Origin: Camelus ferus
Lineage: Eukaryota
DNA length: 64,000 bases
NCBI RefSeq assembly: GCF_009834535.1
Contig: NC_045696.1
Location: forward strand, 20,276,001 to 20,340,000
Reading direction: 5' to 3'
In this document: one piece after another, positions 54,655-64,000 of the stretch
How the letters are laid out: each line of letters begins with the position of its first letter
Numbering within the stretch: the stretch's first letter is position 1
Notes under the pieces: generated by a model
Database searches by the model: none
What the model was told of the DNA's origin: nothing
What the model saw: the letters and a program-made list of their open reading frames with translations, nothing else
Position numbers and translations under genes: made by a program

Positions 54655-57415
54655 TTTAGAGGATAGTGGCGTAGAAAGACTCTGAGCTTACCTCCTCCCA
54701 TAGACACACCAAATCTACACCAGTACATAGAGGTTAAGATGGCTTCACAGGTAAAACCTACCAAAAATTAAATAAGATTTAATTCTTCTCTAATTCTTCT
54801 CCAATTATTCCAAAAAAATTTTAAGAGAAAGGAATATTTACAAACTCATTTTATGAGGCCAGTATTATTACCATGATACCAAAATCAGAAAAAGTCACCA
54901 CATACACACAAAGAAGAAGATTACAAGCCAATATCCATGATAAATATGATGCAAAAATCTTGAACAAAATATTAGCAAACTGAATTCAACAATACATGGA
55001 AAGGATCTTAGACCGTGATAAGGTGATATTCATTCCAGGGATGAAAAGCTGGTTTCATATTTGTAAATTAATCACTGTAGTCCACCACATTAACAAAATG
55101 AAGGATAAAAACCATATGATAACCTCAGTACATGCATAAAAAGGTTTTGACAAAACTCAACATCCATTTATGATACAAACTCTCAACAAAGTAGGTATAG
55201 AGGGAACATCCCTAGACATATTAAAGACCATATAAGACAAACCTACAGCTAACATCATACTCAACAGTGAAAAGCTAAAACGCCTTTTCTCTAAGATCAG
55301 AAATGCCCAATCTCACTATTTTTATTCAACACAGTATTGAAAGTCCTGGCCACAGAAATTAGGCAAGAAAAAAAATAAAAGGAAGGCATCCATATTGGAA
55401 AGGAAGAAGTAAAACTGTCACTATTTGCAGATGACATAGTACCACTTAAAGAAAACCCCAAAGACTCCATCAAAAAATTGTTAGAACTAATAAGTAAATT
55501 CACTAAAGTTGCAGGATATAAAAATTAAAATACAGAAATTTGTTGCATTTCTCTACACTAACAACAAGCTATCAGCAAAAGAAATGAAGAAATACTCCCA
55601 TTGCCAAGTACATCATGAAGAATAAAATACCTAGGAATGAATTTAACCAAGGAGGTAAAATATCTCTACTGCAAAAGCTGTAAGGCACTGAGGAAAGAAA
55701 CTGAAAAATAAATGGAAAGATATACATACCATGCTCACAGATTGGCTGAATCAATATCATTAAATGTCTACACTATCCAAAGCTTCAACACAATCCTTAT
55801 CAAAATACCAATGTCATTTTTCACAGAACTAGGGTAAATAATCCTAAAACTTATATGGAACCACAAATGACCCAGAATAGCCAAAGCAAGCTTGACAAAT
55901 AATAAAGCTGGTGGTATAATGCTCCCAGGCTTGAAACTATACTACCAAGCTATAGTAATTCAAACAGTATAGTACTGCCACAAAAACAGACCCATAGATC
56001 AATGGAATAGAATAGACTCTAGAAATAAACCCATTTTCATACAGCCAAGTAATCTATGACAAAGAAGGTAAGAATATGCCATAAGGAAAAGACAGAATTG
56101 CTAAGCAACAGTGTTGGGAAAATTGGACAACTACATGCAAAATAATACAACTCGACCACTTTCCTACTTAATATCCAAAAATAAACAAAAAATAGGTTAA
56201 AGATGTTAATGTAAGACCTGAAACTATAATACTCCTAGAAGAAAACATAGGCAATGACCTCTGAGATTTTAGTAATATGTTTTGGATAGGTTTCTTCAGG
56301 TAAGGGAAATAAAAGAAAAAATAAACAAATGGGACTACATCAAACTAAAAAGCTTTTGCACAGTGAAGGAAACCACCAACAAAACGAAAAGGCAAGCTAC
56401 TGAATGGGAGAACATATTTGTAAACAGTATATTCAATAAGAAGCTGATATCCAAAATATATGAAGAACTCATACAATGCAATAGTTTAAAAAAAATTAGA
56501 AAATTGGCAGAAGACCTGAACAGACATTTTTTCAAGGATGACAGAGATGGCCAAAAGGCATACGAAAAGGTGCTCAACACTGCTAACCTTAAGGCAGAGA
56601 AATGCAAATCAAAACCACAGTGAGATACTACCTCATGACTTTCAGAATGGCAATTATCTAAAGACAGTATGTTGGCTAGGATATTGAGAAAAGGGAGCTC
56701 TTGTGCACTGTTGGTGAGAATGTAAATTGGTATAGTCACTATAGAAACAGTACGGGAATTCATCAAAAATCTGAAAATAGAACTACCATATGATCCAGCA
56801 ACTCCAGTTTTGGGTTGAGTATTAATTTAAAAAGCTATATGTACCCCTATATCACTGCAGTGCTATTTATAATAGCCAAGATACTGCAACAACTTAATTA
56901 TCTATCCATAGATGAATGGATAAGAAATATGTGGTATGTATCCCTACAATGAAATATTAATCAGCCATAAAAAAGGAATAAAAATTTGACAATTGCAGGA
57001 AGGTGAATGAACCTGGAGAGTATTATGCTAAGTGAAATAAATCAGACAGGAAAAAAATAAAACACCAAAAAACAAAAGGAAGAAACAAAATAAAACAGAA
57101 ACAGACTCATAGATACAGAGAACAAACAGGTGGTTACCAAAGGATAAGAGGGTGGGGAGATGGACAAACTACATGAAGCAGATATGAGATAGAAAAATCC
57201 AGCTATAAGATAAGTAAGTCACGGTGATGTAATGTACACATAGGGGATACAGCCAATGATACTGTATTGCAATAACTTTGTATGATGATGAATAGTAACT
57301 GATCTTACTGTGGGGATCATCCCTTAAAGTATACTATTGAATATTGAATAATTATTGAATCACTATGTTGTATGGCTAAACCTAATATATTATGTTAACT
57401 ATAACTGAACTGAAA
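54655..57415 (+). mobile_element. L1: about 80 bp of 5'UTR joined directly to ORF2 RT through the 3'UTR
   Basis: gtggcgtagaaagactctgagcttacctcctcccatagacacacc (5' end), then gatggcttcacagg (DGFTG), ctatttgcagatgaca (LFADD), [17 protein letters not shown]; multiple frameshifts. Confidence 0.9.
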
Positions 57416-57457
57416 ATTTCTTTATTGAAACAGGGCTCAAACATGATTTTAAAATAC

Positions 57458-57579
57458 TTTGCATGAATAAACTGTGGCTTTCAAAACCATTACAGAGTCC
57501 TCTGACTTGCTGGGGAAGGCAGAACAGCAGATGATAAAGGATACTACAGGGCCACATATACCTCCAAAATCCATGCATT
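57458..57579 (-). pseudogene. Pseudo-exon carrying the CPA1 'GGLRGAV' motif
   Basis: Acceptor ctttaatcttcttag|. Stop-free (E)CMDFGGICGPVVSFIICCSAFPSKSEDSVMVLKATVYSCK. Donor AAA|GTATTT. Confidence 0.65.
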
Positions 57580-57807
57580 CTAAGAAGATTAAAGCACAGT
57601 GAGGACTTAACCTCTGACTGACGAGCTGGCAATGATAAGTTAATACAATGGAATTTGGGGCTTTCCAAATGTCCAGGAAGAATTTTCCCCCTAACCTGTA
57701 TTTTTAACTATTTTATTTTTAACTAAAGGTCTTTCATATAATCTGTTTAGTATAAAGTTACATTCTAATAAGAAACAGGGTTTCTCCTCCCTTCTCCCCC
57801 CAAACAC

Positions 57808-58165
57808 CTGTCTGAACTCTTAATTATTCCAATTGTTAAGTGTTTAAAGTATATTTTAATTAGAGATTCTACATATTGAGAGAGCTATAGAAAATATATA
57901 AAATGATCTGAGTTTAAATGAGTGTGCTTAGCCAAGTTAATCCTGCTTTAATAATGTCAAATACAACAGTATTAAGATGTAAGATCTTGGAGTAAGCGCC
58001 TTTCTTTAAACAATATACAAAACGAGGTGATACTTGCTTTGATGGCATTCTGTATTTTAAAAAGATTAAATTGTAAACAGCACTCTAAGGCCAGTGGTTT
58101 TTTCAAGTTCTGCCCTCCTCTTTGTATTCAGAGGAAAGGACATTTTCACATTTTTAAAAAGCCAT
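57808..58165 (-). pseudogene. Pseudo-exon, middle NHE TM region
   Basis: Strong acceptor tttccattttccttcactcacag|. WLFKNVKM..AELEKTTGLRVLFTI; AIKASITS; LHLNTVVF..IILYIFYSSLNM (cf. VSGVLAVV..KTSISP..YLANTLIF..LIILYL). Putative donor CAG|GTGTTT. Confidence 0.5.
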
Positions 58166-58656
58166 CTGTGAGTGAAGGAAAATGGAAAGATGAGTTGACA
58201 GGTAGGCAATTAGCTCATTACAGGCTAGGCAGGTGGAGCACTTGCCCTTTAAGCAGGGTCTCAGCTGTTTTCCTGAGTTGCTGGTGAAGAAGAGAGATGA
58301 TCGTCAATTCCCATTTACCCTTTCCCTAATCTCCCTACCACTAGGAACGCGATTCTGACTGAAATGTTTCTGAATGTATTTGGCATTTGTAAATGCCAAT
58401 AGAATATTCTGAAACAATAAATATATGCAGTTATACTTAGAGGCAAACAATACTTGAGGTACCGCAGAAGACTAGTTAAGTCTTGGATTCTATCTTTTAA
58501 GTCAGATTTAGATTTTCTTTAATCATTTTTAAGACACTAGTAAGAAATCTGGTAAAAAGATGAAATCCTAGGGCATGTCCTGGGAGGGAAATAAATTCTA
58601 CCAAAATAGTAGGGAGGGACCTCTCTCGTGGCAAATTCCTCTAAAAAAAATTATAC

Positions 58657-59265
58657 CTTGCTCCTTGTTGTCACTAGAAGTAAAACGAAACACCAACTAA
58701 ATCCTATGCCACCATAAAACTAAACTAAACTTCACTGTTGTCTATTTGGCAACCCCTTCTAAGCTTAAGTTAGCAGAACGTTAAAGTGGTAGTGAATATT
58801 CTGAACAGAAAGATGCGAGCTTTCATTGTTGTATTTTATATAATAACTGTTATATAACATTTCCTCTTGGTATTCACTCATCTGTAATTTTTTATTGAAT
58901 AACTTCCAACATAGTAAAATATAATGCTGATGGGTGATTAACTGGCTTTTTATACTTCTGCCTTTAACCCCAAAATATGATGCATAAGGGAACAAAACCA
59001 GGGTTAGGGGCACTGACTGCTTCGTCGAAAATCCAAGTGTAACTTTAGAGTCAGCCCTCCATGAATGTGGTTCCATGTCCGAGGATTCAATCAACCAGGG
59101 ATTCTGTAGTTTCAAAGTACTATTTAGTGAAAAAAATCAGTAGTTCAAATCTGTGCTGTTCAAGAGTCCACTGTAATTGAAAATCAATTCATTCTTTGGG
59201 ATGAGTTAATCCACAGACTGATATGATGACGACTTAATGATACTTCGCTGCAGGTATTAAAATTG
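58657..59265 (-). pseudogene. Pseudo-exon, NHE ion-binding TM region, interrupted by a Tigger MITE
   Basis: ILIPA..IDFQ [MITE] YASYFGV; then AS*SPISII..YITVII*..ARIFLFRIF in one frame (cf. SATDPVAVV..TIIEGESLLNDG.AIVIFNVF); FYGGIGFSWCF; donor CAAG|GTATAA at 58657. Confidence 0.55.
58990..59175. mobile_element. Tigger2a-like MITE, left TIR eroded
   Basis: gggttaggggcac..gaaaatcc..ggattcaatcaacc..tgttcaagagtccactg-TA. Confidence 0.8.
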
Positions 59266-59272
59266 TGCTTTA

Positions 59273-59481
59273 TATATATGTTTTATTGAAGTATAGTCAG
59301 TTTACAATGTGTCAATTTTGGTGTACAGCACAATGCTTCAGTCGACTATACATGAACATATATATATTCTTTTTCATATTCTGTTTTACCGTAAGTTACT
59401 ACAAGATATCAAATATAGTTCCCTGTGCTACACAGCATGAATTTTTACCTATTCTATATATATCAGTTAGTATCTGCAAAT
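59273..59481 (-). mobile_element. Short L1 3' end
   Basis: ttattgaagtatagtcagtttacaatg..; TSD tgcttta (59266/59482). Confidence 0.88.
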
Positions 59482-59932
59482 TGCTTTAATGCTATCCATT
59501 CTCTTTTACTGGCACTTTCCCCTACTTCTCACTTTTAATCATACTTAGTAGCCTCTTAATAAATATGTGGCACGTTGCTTATATAGGGAGAGTATGCTTA
59601 CTTAAACCAAAAAAATTAAAAAAAAAGGCAAGATTGAAAAGAATGTTAGCATTTCTGGAGGCCAGAGGGAGTGGAGGGGGCCTCCCTCTGTGCATCAGTC
59701 AGCACATTTCTATAATAAGCCACTGATACAGATGCTAAGAGATTACTTTTTTCTTCCCTTCAGAAAGCTCTCTTGTTTTGCTCAGACACTTGAGAACATC
59801 CTAAAATACCCCATGAACAAAAAGCAAGGAAAACAGCACATAATAATCTGACACTTGGAAAAAGTTTGCCTAAATTATTATTTTTTCACTCTGTGATTTT
59901 CCTTTGGTAATTTTTAGGAATAGTTTACTTAC

Positions 59933-60380
59933 CTGTATACTTTATTGTCCTTTCTCTTATTTCTAATAGGGTCAAGGTTGGAAGCAGGCTGTGGAAACAT
60001 TCATGAGAACACAGATATGCAGTTAATATCTAGTGGGAACTGTCATTTACTGCCAGCTCTCCACGTGCTAGGCACTGTTCTATGAGCTTCACGCACATTT
60101 GCGCACTTCCTCTTCATCCAGAGCTGTGGGATGATGGTACTAATACTTCTTTTACAATTGAAGAGACTGAGTATTAGAAAAATTAACAAATGTACCCAGG
60201 GTTATATGCAAACGACTGGCAGAAGTGAGGCAGCAGCACGTAGCCAAGGCCTGTTGTAACAGTCACAGTCTTTTTTTGATAGATTCAAGACATGGAACTC
60301 TTGCAGGAAAATTTGTATTGCTGATGCTAACACTAAACATTACTGTGAACCCTCAGGATATTCACAGATATTTTGGTATT
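59933..60380 (-). pseudogene. Pseudo-exon(s), early NHE TM region; a MIR lies within this span
   Basis: FTVMFSVSISNTNFPARVPCLES, then after the MIR LHICVLMNVSTACF/NLDP, ending at a perfect phase-0 donor CAG|GTAAGT (59933). Resembles recalled SLC9C 'FRIFTPVVFFTTAFDMD..Q'. Confidence 0.5.
60035..60245 (-). mobile_element. MIR SINE
   Basis: gtgctaggcactgttcta..tttacaattgaagagactgag..cccagggttatatgc. Confidence 0.75.
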
Positions 60381-60471
60381 TGAATTTGTATAAGTTAAAA
60401 AACCTCAATATTTGATATAATTATTTGTCCAACTATTTAGCTATAATTAATATTTTGTAATTATTCATTGT
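60374..60471 (+). repeat. 98-bp direct repeat, copy 1
   Basis: Matches 62322-62419 with 4 substitutions. Confidence 0.95.
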
Positions 60472-60982
60472 AATTTGGTAAATTGCAATTAAGGTTTTCA
60501 CCTAAAAATGGAGACATTGTTTCTTCTTTAACATGAGTGCTTTAATATATACTGCACTATCCAAAAATTTGAATTTTATATACATATAGTGTCCATATAT
60601 AGTGTTTATAGCATATATATATATACACTCTATGTAGTACTTACACATTTATATATTTACATACTAAACATGTATTATATAATACATGTATACACTGAAG
60701 TATGTGAATTATGTTTATATATATATATACACACACACGCACTCATATAAAGGAAATATAAGCTGTGCATATTAAGTATAACAGTGTAAACTATGAGAAA
60801 ATGCATAGACAACTAATTTTGATTTTCAAGTTTAGTAAGTCTTGTTCTTATTGTCTTACATGACAACATATTTACTATAAATTATTTTGTACAAAATTTA
60901 GATCATTATAAATAATCTATTTTAAATAGATCCTAATTATTTTATACACTAATGGTCACCTTATTACTTAAGGATTTCTTTC

Positions 60983-61020
60983 TTTTTTTAATAGAGGTAC
61001 TGGGGTTTGAACCCAGGACT
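60983..61020 (-). mobile_element. Truncated tRNA-derived SINE
   Basis: ttttttaatagaggtactggggtttgaacccaggac, same family as 46331. Confidence 0.7.
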
Positions 61021-62321
61021 TTTAGCATTTGTTCAACTTATTACTTTAAAAGACTAAATATCTAGTCTTTTGATATCTAGAATAGTATCTAAAAGATATT
61101 AAAAATATAACTAGCTTAAGTAAAGATTTCTTTTATGATTATGATTTTGAACAAGGACACATCCATCATCATAACAACTAGAGGTAACTGATTATCGTTT
61201 TTAAACTTCAATGTTTATAAAGTTTTTACTTGGTCATTTATCTTCAAGAACATTTAAAATATTTATGGTGGAAAGTAAAAAGCCTTATTACTCATATAAC
61301 AAATATTAGGAATTCTATGATACAAAGGAGAGAATTGTATACAATGAGCGTATACATCATTTTTTGTATACATCCTTGAAAAAGTACAAATTTGTCCACA
61401 TTTCAGGTTTCAGTATGATTTATTTCCTGGAAATTTTTCTGACTTACAAGATATTTTCTCACATCTGAAAATAAAATATGCCATTTTAGCATGTGTTGAT
61501 AATAGATTAAATAATTTATGGTACCAAAAATTTCTGTAGGTTCTTCCAAATTATGCTGATTGAATTTTATACTGGATTTGTAAGGAAAATATATGGTTAA
61601 AGTAGGTTTATATTAAGTAAAAATATTAACTTATAAAACATTACAATAAATCTTTAATTACTGAACACTTCTATTTAAGTCAGTACTGAGGAAGGAAGGA
61701 AGAAAGGGAGAAAAAAGTTATTTTCTTATTTTTAGTAAATTTTAAGAATGAAGTCTGTATAATTCTCTTTTCTGCCATTGTAAGTACTCTACTGTGGATA
61801 TAATTCATTTTTGTTGCTGTTGTTTAGTTAATATTTTATAGAGGTTCTAGATCAAGATTTACAAAAACTAAATTATTGATTGAAAATAGTATTACCTTTA
61901 AAGTGTGCTTCAAACGTTATTTATACAAAGTTGTCCACACATTGTGTGGCATTTTGAGTATATACTGGACATTTCTCCCAAAGAAATATGTTAAATTAGC
62001 ATTGCATGTTAAATACAAGTCCCCATTATTCTAACTGCATTCCTTACATTTTATGCTTAATACCCAGGAAAAAAAAAATATTAGGTATGCATAATTTGAC
62101 AAGAGATTTAAGTTAAATCCAGAGATTTGAAATAAATACACATTTAGGAAATGGCATAGCTGATTCAATCCCAAATTTCTCAGCCTCCAAAACCAATGCT
62201 GTGTTCATCTGTCTATATTAAGCATATTATTCTGTAATGTCATTCATTTTCTGGTATTTTCTTCTTTTTAGCTCTATCTTTCTCTTTATATAACTCTACC
62301 TCTTCTCTGCAGGCATATTAC

Positions 62322-62419
62322 TGGTATTTGAATTTGTATAAGTTAAAAAGCCTCAATATTTGACATAATTATTTGCCCAACTATTTAGCCATAATTAATA
62401 TTTTGTAATTATTCATTGT
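62322..62419 (+). repeat. 98-bp direct repeat, copy 2
   Basis: Matches 60374-60471. Confidence 0.95.
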
Positions 62420-63229
62420 TTCCTGGATCAGTCTGTTCTGCTATTCTCTCCTAATTTCCCCTCACATCACATCTGCCTTCACATATTCCCTAATCCCTTT
62501 CACTAATTTTTAATATGGAACTGAATTTATTTTATAAAACAACTGTATTCTTTCTATAATTCATAAAGTAATATTTATTTCAAATCTAATGTAAGGACTT
62601 AATTTGTTTTCTTAAGCATCTATGCAGTCTGTGTGTGTGTGTGTGTGAATTACCCTAACAGAATCTAAAATAGATTACAAAAAACAAAGTAAATAAAAGA
62701 TATGAAAAGGGCACTGGAGATCTTTTTGCCTCATCTATCTCTACCCATATCCTTCTCCCCTTAAATTATTTTACAACGTTCTTAACAAATGATTCGTGCA
62801 GACTCAACTTTCTGTTTATTTTCATTATTATATACTGTTTATTTTCTGGATTGTCTAGAGACCAGCAATTCCACTGTGAACATTCTACATTTTTTAATTG
62901 AAATATGCCTCTTGCTAACATTCACAAATTAAATAACTTCATATTATAGCACTGAAAATGGAACAAAATTGTATCAAGAGCCACAATGAAAATATCTTAC
63001 TTCCTGTTAAATTATTATTCTATTAATAGGTCCTTATTTTGCATTATTTCTTTCTATTATGTTTTACAGCATCTAGAATAACAAGTTTTTGAAGTCTTTC
63101 CAGCAGTACTTATCTCAAGGCAGGTCTATTTGTTTTTACATTATAATTTATTATTTGAACATATGTTCAAATGTTATAATAGGATTATTTCTAGGCACAT
63201 TGGAGGAAGAACATGCAGACCCTACCATA

Positions 63230-63490
63230 AATAGCAATTATAAAAACTAGAAAATACTAAAAATACAAAAAAAAAAAATACTGTTGATATCAAGTGTCAG
63301 CCAGACTGTAGAGCAACTGAAACTCTAATGCTTCCTGGTGGTAATCTAAAGTGGTATAATTACTTTTAAAAATAGTTTGGAAATTTTCTAAAAATTAAAA
63401 TGCATTAACCATATGACTCAGCCACTACAGTCCTAGAAAGTTACTTAAGGGAAATGACAACTTACATCTATGAAAATCTCACACACTTTT
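63230..63490 (+). mobile_element. Old L1M ORF2 end/3'UTR fragment
   Basis: tgtagagcaactgaaactct..accatatgactcagcc. Confidence 0.75.
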
Positions 63491-64000
63491 GTTCACTGAA
63501 ACGCCATGTCCCAGACACTGAATAAACTCAACTCACAGCCCTAAGGTTGTGCATTTTTTTCAAGTCCACAAAGATGTTTAGATAGTTCAAGTGGACTATA
63601 ACAAAAAATCCAGCTAATTGAGATTTTTATTCTGTTTCATTTTAATGAGAAACATATAACACTTAAAAGAGTTAATAATTCTGTTCTTTGACAGTCATAA
63701 TACTTTTAAAAAATTTGTAATAAATCACATCCAAATGTGACTACTGCTCTTTCATGCGACTTTCATAATTTTTAATTTTTTAAAAGAACCATATTTAGTA
63801 AGTATACTGATAGGTACAGAATGTAGATAAAATTTTCATTAAATATATAACTTAGTATGATTCACGTAACTTAAAAAAATAAAAAGGGTAATATTCTTTT
63901 TTCACAGACAAGAAAGAATACATATTATATTCTAGAAAAGGCAAAACTATCATGACACAAGATCAGCTCAGTTGCCAATTGCTGAAGGTGATGAGAAAGG

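Larger units (their letters stand above)
32165..60380 (-). pseudogene. Degraded multi-exon SLC9C/SOS1-like Na+/H+ exchanger (NHE domain + linker + CNBD) pseudogene
   Basis: Colinear minus-strand pseudo-exons: FTVMFSV..ARVPCLES; LHICVLMNVSTACF..Q|GTAAGT; AS*SPISII..ARIFLFRIF; KASITS..LHLNTVVF; MDFGGICGPVV; GVTEMMLP..MLKIFNDRY*TVDD; SLDTLKS; DNDTHVLEKEKLAKM..INQM..YGIY..LQLLFIS; terminal exon with TAA and AATAAA. The order matches SLC9C1 motifs as I recall them. Many stops and frameshifts. 5' limit uncertain. Confidence 0.7.

Noticed and set aside
56282..56623. 113-aa ORF
   Set aside because: L1 ORF2 remnant, not a host gene.
58380..58399. 9-bp-arm hairpin ttggcattt-gt-aaatgccaa
   Set aside because: Expected by chance in 64 kb of AT-rich DNA.
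1..64000. Prokaryotic systems (CRISPR, operons, IS elements)
   Set aside because: The sequence is mammalian; no repeat-spacer arrays or gene-dense regions.

Overview
AT-rich, CpG-depleted mammalian genomic DNA. A short tRNA-derived SINE (46.3 kb, 61.0 kb) and the L1 3' ends resemble camelid elements, so the host is probably camel or alpaca. There is no intact protein-coding gene; the ORF-track entries are chance ORFs, repeat remnants or pseudo-exon fragments. Much of the window is repeats: L1 (two twin-primed inversions, one 5'UTR-ORF2 fusion), L2, MIR, MaLR/ERVL/ERV1 LTRs, a two-LTR ancient ERVL provirus and DNA-transposon MITEs. Main finding: about 12 degraded minus-strand exons between 60.4 and 32.2 kb, many with recognisable splice sites. 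Their hand translations run in colinear order through a Na+/H+ exchanger membrane domain (including a GGI[R>C]GPV motif), a helical linker, a cyclic-nucleotide-binding domain (CNBD) and a terminal exon with stop and AATAAA. This looks like an ancient SLC9C (sperm NHE)/SOS1-type pseudogene that does not look like SLC9C1 or SLC9C2 and may be a lost third paralogue. All protein comparisons and repeat family names come from recalled consensus sequences judged by eye, not from database searches.
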